A DNA stretch of 64,000 nt from Promethearchaeota archaeon (GTDB lineage Archaea; Asgardarchaeota; Hermodarchaeia; Hermodarchaeales; Hermodarchaeaceae). The DNA lies in the NCBI GenBank assembly GCA_048939625.1, contig JBHLPH010000002.1, positions 32,001 through 96,000 of the forward strand. Direction: 5' to 3'. The position numbers were made by a program, and so were the translations under genes. The notes under the pieces were generated by a model that saw only the letters and a list, made by a program, of their open reading frames with translations, did not search any database and was not told where the DNA came from. Shown here piece by piece: positions 30,403 through 38,505 of this stretch (position 1 is its first letter; each line of letters begins with the position of its first letter).

Positions 30403-31254
30403 TCATGAGAAGGCTTTGGTCCAGGTGGTTTTGATTTCATCTGTTGTTATTTTTCTGATGGTGTTAGTTTTGGTTTCGATGACGGCGGCGTTGAGTTCGT
30501 CGGGTGTTCGGGTTTTGTCGCGGAGGAGGGATTTGATGGTAAGGGCGAGAGCCTTGTTAAAGGCGTGGTTGGGTGCGTATTCTTCGTTGAGAATGGTGTT
30601 GGTTTCGTTGCGGTGGGTACCTTCGCACCAGGTGAGGACTTCGCGGTATGTGCCACTGGGATCAAGAACATAGAGGTGGAGGCCGGTGTCGTCGATTCCT
30701 CCGATGAGGGCGAGAAGGCCGAGGGGGCGGATGTCTTTTTTGGTTGTATAGGAGTGGATGAAGAGAGCGAGACGGTTGGTAAGTTCTTCTACGGGGATTG
30801 GTGTTTCAGTTTCTCTTTGATAGGTTTGTGCTTCATGGATGGCTCTGTGTTTGAGGAGGAGAAAATCCCCAGAGAGGCCAGTTGGTACCATGCCGATATG
30901 GTCGGTGATTTGGAAGGTTTCCCAAGGCTGAGTGAGGATGGTGTGGTGTTTCTCCGTTTGGGAAGCTTGGGGACGTTCTTTGGCGAGGATAATGCCGCCT
31001 TTGTAGCGGAGGCCGAGGATGGTGACGCCACGGGGTGGAGATTCCATGGCGTATTCAATTTGGAAGATGCGTCCGTCAGGGGAGAAGAGGTTGGTATCGT
31101 CGTAGCCGCTGGGGACGCGGATGGGGAGGGTTTCGATGTAACGGATGAGGGCAGCGCGGATGAGTTCGGCTTTACTGCCAAACATGCCTTTCTGAACGAC
31201 GGTGTTCATATATCGGTCCAGCTCATTAGACACAACAACGCGTACTTCAGGCAT
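30403..31254 (-). CDS. Ribbon-helix-helix domain fused to a proteasome alpha-type subunit
   Basis: aa 1-43 RHH (VRVVVSNEL...V.KG.F.SKAELIRAAL), then GYD...FSPDGRIFQIEYA, G.TILGL....I.LA.E, GLSGD, RPLG and DPSG. Confidence 0.88.
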   Translation of the reverse strand: MPEVRVVVSNELDRYMNTVVQKGMFGSKAELIRAALIRYIETLPIRVPSGYDDTNLFSPDGRIFQIEYAMESPPRGVTILGLRYKGGIILAKERPQASQTEKHHTILTQPWETFQITDHIGMVPTGLSGDFLLLKHRAIHEAQTYQRETETPIPVEELTNRLALFIHSYTTKKDIRPLGLLALIGGIDDTGLHLYVLDPSGTYREVLTWCEGTHRNETNTILNEEYAPNHAFNKALALTIKSLLRDKTRTPDELNAAVIETKTNTIRKITTDEIKTTWTKAFS

Positions 31255-31272
31255 ACATGAAAACTCCTATTC

Positions 31273-31336
31273 AATGGATATATTACGGATACTTTTAAAT
31301 GCTCTGCGCATTACGGAGTAAATGGAGTAGCTCCAT
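31273..31336. promoter_or_regulatory. Divergent promoter / putative RHH operator
   Basis: TTTTAAA (31293-31299) flanked by ATTACGGA direct repeats (31282-31289, 31310-31317); palindrome ATGGAG-tag-CTCCAT (31322-31336). Confidence 0.45.
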
Positions 31337-31457
31337 GAAAAAGATTAGCTTACCCGAGGACAGTTATTGGAAACTAGTTGAGTTGAAAGGTAAATTCCGT
31401 TGCACAACATGGAAGGACCTGGTTGATCTGATTCACCAAAAATACCTGAACGACTGA
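31335..31457 (+). CDS. Small RHH-like protein (40 aa), absent from the ORF track
   Basis: MKKISLPEDSYWKLVELKGKFRCTTWKDLVDLIHQKYLND*; beta-helix-helix pattern; GGAG 7 nt upstream of ATG; fills the intergenic gap. Confidence 0.65.
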   Translation: MKKISLPEDSYWKLVELKGKFRCTTWKDLVDLIHQKYLND

Positions 31458-31463
31458 TTCCTG

Positions 31464-31676
31464 TTATCCAGTTACATTTGGTTCATCGTCGAAGAAGAAG
31501 ATGTCTTCGATTCGTTTCCCTAATTGTTGTGCTATGCGGTGGGCTAGTCGCAGGGAGGGGTTATAGGTTCCTTTTTCGAGGAAGAGGATGGTTTGGCGGG
31601 TGACACCAACAGCTTCAGCCAAGTCTTCTTGAGTTAAGTTATGTTGTTGGCGTAGTTCTCGGATCTTGGTCTTCAT
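31464..31676 (-). CDS. XRE/Cro-C1 family HTH transcriptional regulator
   Basis: [30 protein letters not shown]......IEDIF. Confidence 0.93.
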   Translation of the reverse strand: MKTKIRELRQQHNLTQEDLAEAVGVTRQTILFLEKGTYNPSLRLAHRIAQQLGKRIEDIFFFDDEPNVTG

Positions 31677-31682
31677 GGTGGT

Positions 31683-32051
31683 CTAGTCTCCGCGTTTGTC
31701 ATAGTACATCATTGAAGCCCCCCACATTGTATAGCCTACAACCATGATGAGGACAAGGGCAGCAAAGAAGAGCTCTTGGACTGGTGGTCCACCGATGGCA
31801 AGCCAGGCGATGGCGATTACAGCACCCATTAAGGTGATGAGGAACATCACGGCGATGAAGCCATTTCGGGAGGCTTTGACGAAGTTGTTGACCAGTCGCT
31901 CATCACCTCGTCCTTCGAAGCGAAAGAAGCTGAAAAACCCAAAAAAACCGAAGAAGCCAAACCAAGCCACAGAGCCAGTTAATAGATAGAGAAGCCCTAA
32001 GAATCCGAGGAACCCAAGAAAGCCCAAATAATACATTCTCACTTCTAGCAA
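31683..32051 (-). CDS. DUF3796/DUF2178-like membrane protein
   Basis: GFLGFLGFLG and FGFFGFFGF repeats, DER motif; typically paired with an XRE regulator. Confidence 0.8.
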   Translation of the reverse strand: MLEVRMYYLGFLGFLGFLGLLYLLTGSVAWFGFFGFFGFFSFFRFEGRGDERLVNNFVKASRNGFIAVMFLITLMGAVIAIAWLAIGGPPVQELFFAALVLIMVVGYTMWGASMMYYDKRGD

Positions 32052-32062
32052 CCCCGTTTGAT

Positions 32063-32094
32063 GTTAGAAATAATTAACGTTAGAAATATTTAAC
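32063..32094. promoter_or_regulatory. Tandem palindromic operator, putatively for the XRE regulator
   Basis: GTTAGAAATAATTAAC followed directly by GTTAGAAATATTTAAC (GTTA-N8-TAAC twice), just upstream of the DUF3796-XRE pair. Confidence 0.7.
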
Positions 32095-32124
32095 ATTTAT
32101 TGTTTGGCATCAAGAAGCCCCTTC

Positions 32125-32239
32125 TGTACGGATCGAACCATTCTCTCATACCCTGATGGAAAGTAGATAGTGCGTCCTTTGCCGTGGTTCCAGCAGAAGA
32201 GCCGAGAAGAACCGGGAACAGGTGAAAGTCTGGCGCTGA
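32125..32239 (+). pseudogene. Displaced copy 2 of the hydrogenase large-subunit 3' end
   Basis: Translates CTDRTILSYPDGK*IVRPLPWFQQKSREE(+1 nt)REQVKVWR* versus CTDRIILAYPDGSKEEKPWAWFQEKSREEREKVKAWRR*; many differences are synonymous. Confidence 0.9.
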
Positions 32240-32324
32240 TGATTGACTAGACTGCTGTAGTCGTGGTGTTTACTCCGGGTTGCTAGAGGAGAGTGGGTCT
32301 TTCAGGACAGTTGTTGTGGAACTG

Positions 32325-32735
32325 TTAGGCGAATTCCATTTCGAGGCGTTTGATGGCGTTTTGGAGGACCTCGATGGCTTCAGTATTTTTGGTTTGGATC
32401 ATGAGGAGTACGCCTTTTTCGAATTCGGCGAGGGATTTGGTGAAGTCGCGCCAGTATGGGTTTTGTTTCATGGAGAGGGCGATGTCGATAGGCATTTGGT
32501 AGCGGCGGTGGAGCCAGCCGATGACGGAGGCGAGGGGAATGTAGATGACGAGGAATACGAGGAGAAAGTAGAGGATGTTGGGGAAGAGGATTTGCATCCC
32601 AGGAATATTGACGAGGACGAGTGTGTACATGAGGATGCTGAAATTCATGAAAGCGAGGAAATAGACGAGGTAGGTTCCGTGTCCCGTGCGAAAGTCAGTC
32701 CAACGACGTTGGAAAAAACCTTTTTTCGTGGTCAT
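32325..32735 (-). CDS. Hypothetical 2-TM membrane protein
   Basis: ORF with two hydrophobic segments; FRTG..TY..Y....N and IFP....F......P....IGWLH pattern. Confidence 0.7.
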   Translation of the reverse strand: MTTKKGFFQRRWTDFRTGHGTYLVYFLAFMNFSILMYTLVLVNIPGMQILFPNILYFLLVFLVIYIPLASVIGWLHRRYQMPIDIALSMKQNPYWRDFTKSLAEFEKGVLLMIQTKNTEAIEVLQNAIKRLEMEFA

Positions 32736-32824
32736 AGTTGATGCATCTCGAAATTACTTTACTAGATTCTGCTTTTATTTCATTGCGGTATGGGATTATC
32801 CGGGGATATTAAGGGTAATCAATT

Positions 32825-32898
32825 GAAGAGAAGCCATGGGCGTGGTTCTAGCAGAAGAGCCCTAAAGAGCGGACCACGTGAAGGCGTGGCGTCGTTAG
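32825..32898 (+). pseudogene. Displaced copy 3 of the hydrogenase large-subunit 3' end
   Basis: Translates EEKPWAWF*QKSPKER(-1 nt)HVKAWRR*; 32877-32897 is identical over 21 nt to 29757-29777 in copy 1. Confidence 0.88.
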
Positions 32899-33068
32899 TG
32901 TGTTTTTCGTTCTTTGTATTAGAGCCCGCATGAGGTCGTAGTACGCGATAGTTGTAGATTTTGTCAGGGTGATTTGCCGTGTTCTAGATGAATTAGAATG
33001 CGGTAGAAAAGGCTTGTAAGGAAGTAAAGAGGGAGTTGTGTTCTAGCAGTTACAATCAAAACAGCGGG

Positions 33069-33542
33069 TCATGTTTTTAATAGCGTTGCGATTCGTTTTC
33101 CGAAATCTTTGCACTTGGGGAATTCGCCTTCTGTGACCGGTCCTTTCATGCCGTCAACTTGTATTGACAGGCCAGGTGTTATGAGCTTCAATTGAGGAGC
33201 CTTTTCGCGTATTCGCGTCTCTAGTTTCTTCACGGATTTTTCGAAGTCTTCTCCCAGATAGGTGTCGAACACCGCGGCCCATTTCGCTTTCAAGTCGAGT
33301 TTGCCAAGTTTATCAATGAACTTATTTATACCCCTAACTGGTCCTCCAAAATGCGTGGGTGACCCGATCAATATTGCGTCATAATCAGCTGCCTTTTTAG
33401 CATCGGTATCCTTGATATCACTGATAGCAGTTTCTATTTCCTTGACTTCATTGAGTCCCTCCACAATCTTTTCGGCTACAAGCTTTGTGTTTCCGTACTT
33501 TGTATCATAAACTACAAGCACCTTTACCATTTTGTTCACCAT
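33069..33542 (-). CDS. Flavodoxin-domain protein
   Basis: YDTKYGNTKLVAEKI, IGSPTH and AVFDT motifs. Confidence 0.9.
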   Translation of the reverse strand: MVNKMVKVLVVYDTKYGNTKLVAEKIVEGLNEVKEIETAISDIKDTDAKKAADYDAILIGSPTHFGGPVRGINKFIDKLGKLDLKAKWAAVFDTYLGEDFEKSVKKLETRIREKAPQLKLITPGLSIQVDGMKGPVTEGEFPKCKDFGKRIATLLKT

Positions 33543-33668
33543 TCATTACGCTTCTTTTCTGAGTTTTTATGACTTGTGGGAGTCAGCGTGCATGTTCTGA
33601 AGTACTCTGCAGTGCTAGTGATTGCGAAAAGCAATTAGTGATTAGCTGCAAGTAATTTACTGATTGAA

Positions 33669-34070
33669 ATGAACAAAGCTCGAGAAATGACCGAAGAAAA
33701 ATGGAAGAAGAAGTTGTCAAAGGACGAGTATCAAGTATTGCGGCAGAAGGGCACTGAGCGCCCTTTCACCGGGAAATATTGGAAGCATAAGGAGAAAGGG
33801 ACATACAAGTGTGCGGGGTGTGGTTTGGAGTTGTTCTCCTCAGAGGCGAAGTTTGAGTCGGGGAGTGGGTGGCCAAGTTTCTATGAGGCCCTGGATAAGG
33901 ACAAGATTGAGGAAAAAGTGGATCTGTCGCATGGGATGCGCCGAATCGAGGTTCTGTGCAAGAACTGTGGGGGGCATCTGGGTCATGTGTTCGATGATGG
34001 ACCAAGAGATAAGACCGGGTGCCGATACTGTATCAATTCCGTTGCACTCCAGTTTGAAAAGGATGAGTAG
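33669..34070 (+). CDS. msrB: Peptide-methionine (R)-S-oxide reductase
   Basis: GTERPF, Cxx[22 protein letters not shown] and RYCINS motifs. Confidence 0.97.
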   Translation: MNKAREMTEEKWKKKLSKDEYQVLRQKGTERPFTGKYWKHKEKGTYKCAGCGLELFSSEAKFESGSGWPSFYEALDKDKIEEKVDLSHGMRRIEVLCKNCGGHLGHVFDDGPRDKTGCRYCINSVALQFEKDE

Positions 34071-34079
34071 TGCAGTGGC

Positions 34080-34331
34080 TTAGGCGATGGCTTTGTTTTT
34101 CAATTCGTGAGTCCGTAGAATAGCGCCCATGACGAGGAGAATTATCCCGCTTAGGATGAATGCAAGGCTGATCCATGGAGCAAGTGGATGGCAGGGACCA
34201 CAGAAATAGAATAGCGATGATCCGAGGACTGTGCCGATGCCAAGACAGACTACGCCAATGATGATTAAACCAGTTCCAAAGGGGACTTCAGGTTTGACTT
34301 CCTTTTCTACGTGTGCGTTTGGTTCCGTCAT
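34080..34331 (-). CDS. Small 2-TM membrane protein
   Basis: Two hydrophobic segments joined by a CGPCHP loop. Confidence 0.55.
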   Translation of the reverse strand: MTEPNAHVEKEVKPEVPFGTGLIIIGVVCLGIGTVLGSSLFYFCGPCHPLAPWISLAFILSGIILLVMGAILRTHELKNKAIA

Positions 34332-34472
34332 AGTATGATTCCCCTACCCATTGTACTTACTTTGCAGCGTCTTTTTTGAATTTTCCTGTTGAGAAAGGAA
34401 TTTGAGGGAAAACTTTGTGGTAGTAGAAGGCTTTTTTAGCAGAAGCGAATCATAAAGGAGACCCACTGGAGA

Positions 34473-35636
34473 GTGCGTCATGTGCAGGTACTGTTACCTC
34501 CTCCGTTGAACGCGATTGTCACGTTATTGATGATTATTATCTTTCCTGGGTTCCTATTCCTGACAGGCTATGCCTTCTATATGGAATGGGTAGACCGCAA
34601 ATTCTATGCCGACCAACACCACCGCATTGGCCCACTATACACGGGCTGGCGGGGAATCCTCCAACCCTTCGCCGACTTTGTCAAACTCATGGCGAAAGAA
34701 GATGTGACTCCTGCAGCCGTTGATAAGATTGGGTTTACTCTGACCCCTATCCTGGCGCTAGCTATTCCCATCACAGTGCTCATGTTGGTGCCGATTGGCA
34801 TTTCCCAGACTCCCTTCTTCGTGGTGACCGGTATCATGTACTTTGAAGGCGATCTACTCATGATTGGCTTCTTTAGTACCATGTTTACGTTGATGCTATT
34901 TATTGCTGGGTGGTCCTCATCGAACCGGTTTGGGTTTACAGGAGCTGTTCGGGGTATCGTACAGATGCTTGCATATGAAATTCCCCTTCTCCTAGCCCTC
35001 TTCGCTGCCGGTATGGTGGCTGGTAGCCTTAGCCTCACCGGCGTTGTCATCTACCAAGCCAACCTAGGCCTACCCCTCATCGTGAATCCGGCATTCATCG
35101 GACTCTTCATCGTCTTTCTGATTGCCGCGCAAGCAGAAGCCGAACGCATTCCCTTTGATGCCCCTATTGCGGAAACTGAAATCGTCGGGGGCTGGGAAAC
35201 CGAATTCTCTGGCAAGAAACTCGCCTTCTTCCGCCTCTCCAACAACTTCGAAGTGTTACTTGCCTCAGCACTCGGTGCTGCAGTCTTCCTCGGCGGCCCC
35301 CTCGGTCCCGAAGTCCTTATGGTGTTCCTTGCCAATGGTGGCTTCGTTCACAACATCACAATCAACTCTGGACAATACATGACCTGGGTCACCGCAAACA
35401 TGCCCTATCTCCTCATCCCAGGCATCGCCGCCATATACTATACCTTCTGGTTCATTGTCAAAACCACTATCATCGTTCTCATCTTGTCCAACATGAAGGC
35501 CCTTATGTCCCGTTGGCGCATCGACCAAATCGCTCACGATAGTTGGAAATGGGTCATCCCTATAAGCCTCCTCATGGTAGGTATCCTGTTAGCTTGGCCC
35601 TTAATCATGGACTTTATTATCGCCCTGCCCCCCTAG
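34473..35636 (+). CDS. NuoH/HyfC/MbhM-like membrane subunit of the hydrogenase complex
   Basis: DRK..A..HHRIGP, GILQPFADFVKL.AKE, YEIP and RIPFD...AETEIVGG..TEFSG motifs. Confidence 0.92.
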   Translation: MRHVQVLLPPPLNAIVTLLMIIIFPGFLFLTGYAFYMEWVDRKFYADQHHRIGPLYTGWRGILQPFADFVKLMAKEDVTPAAVDKIGFTLTPILALAIPITVLMLVPIGISQTPFFVVTGIMYFEGDLLMIGFFSTMFTLMLFIAGWSSSNRFGFTGAVRGIVQMLAYEIPLLLALFAAGMVAGSLSLTGVVIYQANLGLPLIVNPAFIGLFIVFLIAAQAEAERIPFDAPIAETEIVGGWETEFSGKKLAFFRLSNNFEVLLASALGAAVFLGGPLGPEVLMVFLANGGFVHNITINSGQYMTWVTANMPYLLIPGIAAIYYTFWFIVKTTIIVLILSNMKALMSRWRIDQIAHDSWKWVIPISLLMVGILLAWPLIMDFIIALPP

Positions 35637-35653
35637 GAGTGTGAAAAGAAAAC

Positions 35654-36049
35654 ATGCCACGACCTGGAGCAATGGAAGGCGAAATCCTCGGTACCGTCCT
35701 CCGACGGAAAACCGCCACGATTCGTTACCCCTTCCAAGAAGCTGTCCGCCCCGAACGCCTTCGCGGCAGCATCGAATACGATATCGAAAAATGCACTGGC
35801 TGCGGTCTCTGTAGTCGCGACTGCCCTGCCACCGCCATCGAAATGGTTCCCTCAACCAAAACTAAAACCCAAAAGAAGCCCCAATTCCGCTTCGACCGCT
35901 GCATATGGTGTGGAACCTGCGAAGCTGTGTGCCCAAAGAAAGCGATTACGTTGACAACGAAGTTTGAATTGGCAGCGTTTTCGTTGAAGGATGAGCATTT
36001 GTTCGTTGTGTCAGAGGATCCGGAGCCCACAGAGAAAGTAGAAGAGTAG
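35654..36049 (+). CDS. NuoI/EchF-like 2x[4Fe-4S] subunit
   Basis: T.RYP..RLRG, CTGCGLCSRDCP and CIWCGTCEAVCP motifs. Confidence 0.92.
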   Translation: MPRPGAMEGEILGTVLRRKTATIRYPFQEAVRPERLRGSIEYDIEKCTGCGLCSRDCPATAIEMVPSTKTKTQKKPQFRFDRCIWCGTCEAVCPKKAITLTTKFELAAFSLKDEHLFVVSEDPEPTEKVEE

Positions 36050-36144
36050 AGTGTGTACAAATTTGGGCTAATCGTTTCTTCAAGTGGAGAGTAGGGTCTT
36101 TTGTAGTCAGAAACAGTTAAAATTTTTAACCGTAGTTTTGTTTA

Positions 36145-36786
36145 TTGTTCTTGAACGTGGGGGTAGCAGTGGTTAGTTTTGTACTTCAAACTAATCCTTG
36201 GATAAATTGGTTAAACGGAATAGCACATTTGAGTGTGGTAATTCTAATTCTAATCGTGTCAATTGGTTTGCCACTTCTGTGTGGGCTGATTTGGTATGCG
36301 GTTCAGGAAGAACGCAGGCGGAGTTGGTTGAGAAGCAAGGGAGAGGTTCTGCCTGATTTGGTAAGTGAAGATAGTGTGCGGAATTTTTCTGATTCCTGCA
36401 TTGAAAGGATTGACCTGAGGGATTTTGTTATAAAAGGCCCAGGATTGTATCGGATGCGGGTGCATTTGCGGATGGACAGTGGAATTTCGTTTGAGTTAAC
36501 AGGTAAGAAGAGCGCTGCAGGAAAGGTGTATGAGCCGGGTGAAGGAGAAACTGGGATTGAGATAGTGGATCGTCATTTTTGGACTGAGAGCCCTGATTTA
36601 AAATCTGCGATTCGCGTGTTGGACACTCCGAAGGTTAAGAAGGTTTTGGCGAAGTTGAAAAAAGTATATTCTGTACATGTCATGGGGGATGAGATTGAGA
36701 TTGTGTGCGAAGCCAAAATCGAGTTGCTTGAGCCAATTTATGATTTCGTTACTGCATTAGCTCAGGAATTATTGGACAAGAGATGA
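36145..36786 (+). CDS. Hypothetical protein with N-terminal membrane anchor
   Basis: Long ORF with a TM near the N-terminus; start uncertain. Confidence 0.55.
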   Translation: MFLNVGVAVVSFVLQTNPWINWLNGIAHLSVVILILIVSIGLPLLCGLIWYAVQEERRRSWLRSKGEVLPDLVSEDSVRNFSDSCIERIDLRDFVIKGPGLYRMRVHLRMDSGISFELTGKKSAAGKVYEPGEGETGIEIVDRHFWTESPDLKSAIRVLDTPKVKKVLAKLKKVYSVHVMGDEIEIVCEAKIELLEPIYDFVTALAQELLDKR

Positions 36787-36793
36787 GTTGATA

Positions 36794-37660
36794 TTAGTGT
36801 TGTCCTTTTAATCGTTCTAACAGTCGCTCCACGATGTGTTGGAAGGCTTGAGCGACGGGTGTTTTGGCTTCGGCGACGATGAAGGGGGTGCCTTCATCCG
36901 AGAGGGTCATGACCCGTGGATCAAAGGGGAGATCGCCTAAGAAAAATATACTGAGGTCTTTAGCTGCATTCTTACCACCGCCTTTGCCAAATAGGTTGGT
37001 GACTTTATTACAGTGAGGGCAGTGAAAACCAGACATGTTTTCGATGAGGCCAAGGATTGGGATGTTCATGGTGCGGGACATGATAGCGGCTTTACGGGAA
37101 TCGAGTAAGGCGACTTCTTGCGGGGTGGTGACAATGATGACGCCGTCGAGGTCGGGGAGGAGTTGCATGATGCTGAGGGTTTCGTCGCCAGTGCCTGGTG
37201 GGAGGTCGATGATGAGGTAGTCGAGACTTCCCCAGTTAACTTTGGAGAGGAATTCGCTGATCACGCGCATTTTGAGGGGCCCGCGCCAGATGATAGGGGT
37301 ATCAGCGGATTGGAGGAGGAATTCCATGGAGACAGTGAGGATGTTGAGGGGACCGAGGACAGGTTCGAGTCCGGTGTCGCCACCGATCATGCGAGTGCCT
37401 TCGAGGCCGAGCATTTTAGGGACGTTGGGTCCAGTTATGTCGGCGTCAAGGATGCCGACGACGTTACCTTTCCAAGCGAGGGCAGTGGCGAGGTTGACTG
37501 CAACAGTAGTTTTGCCAACGCCGCCTTTACCAGAGAGGATGACGATTTTGTGTTTGACGTGTCGCATCTTTTCAGCGATTTCTTGTTCTGCGCTCGTTTG
37601 GGCGCCAACCATAAGATCTTTGGGAATTTTACCCGAGGATTTTGTTGTGTCTTTCGACAT
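36794..37660 (-). CDS. mrp: Mrp/NBP35 family Fe-S cluster carrier ATPase
   Basis: SGKGGVGKT, DADITGP, WRGP, DLPPGTGD, VTTPQ and ENMS...CPHC motifs. Confidence 0.95.
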   Translation of the reverse strand: MSKDTTKSSGKIPKDLMVGAQTSAEQEIAEKMRHVKHKIVILSGKGGVGKTTVAVNLATALAWKGNVVGILDADITGPNVPKMLGLEGTRMIGGDTGLEPVLGPLNILTVSMEFLLQSADTPIIWRGPLKMRVISEFLSKVNWGSLDYLIIDLPPGTGDETLSIMQLLPDLDGVIIVTTPQEVALLDSRKAAIMSRTMNIPILGLIENMSGFHCPHCNKVTNLFGKGGGKNAAKDLSIFFLGDLPFDPRVMTLSDEGTPFIVAEAKTPVAQAFQHIVERLLERLKGQH

Positions 37661-37803
37661 AGAAGTGATCACGACCAGAGACTAGTCGGTGGTTGGTGCT
37701 TTATGGGGAATACCTTTAATGTTACGCATCGGCAAAACATCAAAAATCCTCAGATCGATGGGTTTAGCAAGTATTGAATGTTGATACGTGTTAGGTGGAT
37801 TGT

Positions 37804-38502
37804 ATGGTAAAAGTGATAGCACATCGTGGGATGGGAGAAGGCTTACTTGAAAACACCCTCACAGCCTTTCAGACCGCAATATCGTGGGGAGTGGATTGCA
37901 TTGAGTGTGATGTTCGGAGTTCTCGTGATGAGGTTGCAGTCATTATTCATGATTTGTCATTGGAGCGGCTATCCAATGAACCTAGAAAAGTGGCAGAATA
38001 TTCATTGAGTGAACTGAAAGCAATAACGATTCACAATGGTGATCGAATTCCTTCTTTGGTCGAATTCTTGGAGTTAGTGAAACCGTACAGCAATCTAGAA
38101 ATCAATCTTGATGTCAAGGTCGTGGGTCTGGAAGCCCAGATAATGCAGCAGATCAGTGAATACGATTTAGTTTGTCGAACGATGATCTCGTCGTTTATTC
38201 AACCAGTTTTGAGAGAGTTTCGTAACCTCAATGATGAGATTGCAACAGCTCTATTATATGAGTACGATTTGCGAAACCCCACAAAGGTGGCTAAGGAGCT
38301 TGGATGTACTGCAATTAACCCACAGTTGCATTTTACTGATTCATCTCTTGTGCAAACTAGCCATCAAGAAGGATTGGAGATTAATCCGTGGGTAATTAAC
38401 GAGCCAGAGGAGATGCAGCTATTCATTGGCATGGAAGTAGATGGGATTATTACGGATTTTCCAACTCGTCTATTAAAGATACTCAATCGTGGAGGTGCAT
38501 GA
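37804..38502 (+). CDS. Glycerophosphodiester phosphodiesterase
   Basis: IAHRG, ENT, ECDV, IHD, ISSF and GIITDFP motifs. Confidence 0.93.
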   Translation: MVKVIAHRGMGEGLLENTLTAFQTAISWGVDCIECDVRSSRDEVAVIIHDLSLERLSNEPRKVAEYSLSELKAITIHNGDRIPSLVEFLELVKPYSNLEINLDVKVVGLEAQIMQQISEYDLVCRTMISSFIQPVLREFRNLNDEIATALLYEYDLRNPTKVAKELGCTAINPQLHFTDSSLVQTSHQEGLEINPWVINEPEEMQLFIGMEVDGIITDFPTRLLKILNRGGA

Positions 38503-38505
38503 GAG

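Larger units (their letters stand above)
27538..34472. mobile_element. Accessory island built from tandem blocks inserted at the 3' end of the hydrogenase large-subunit gene
   Basis: Interrupts large subunit -> NuoH-like -> NuoI-like order; unrelated cargo genes, mostly on the opposite strand; blocks separated by decayed copies of the gene's 3' end; compositional mosaicism. Confidence 0.75.

Noticed and set aside
30416-32741. Alternative ORFs 30565-31260, 30789-31181 and 32280-32741
   Set aside because: Antisense or alternate-frame shadows with no recognisable motifs.
29719-32898. The ~60-bp island repeats as integron attC sites, recombinase palindromes (GTTCC..GGAAC) or CRISPR repeats
   Set aside because: No consistent RYYYAAC/GTTRRRY pairing, spacing is irregular and kilobase-scale, and the repeats translate to the hydrogenase C-terminus with synonymous variation, which explains them better.
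27421-32898. Diversity-generating retroelement (TR/VR pair)
   Set aside because: No reverse transcriptase in the window; differences include indels and stops and are not limited to adenines of one template.
27538-34453. Imperfect terminal inverted repeat (TGATTCAGCCTCT vs TGATTCGCTTCT) at the island edges
   Set aside because: Too short and gapped to exceed chance; no transposase or target-site duplication seen.
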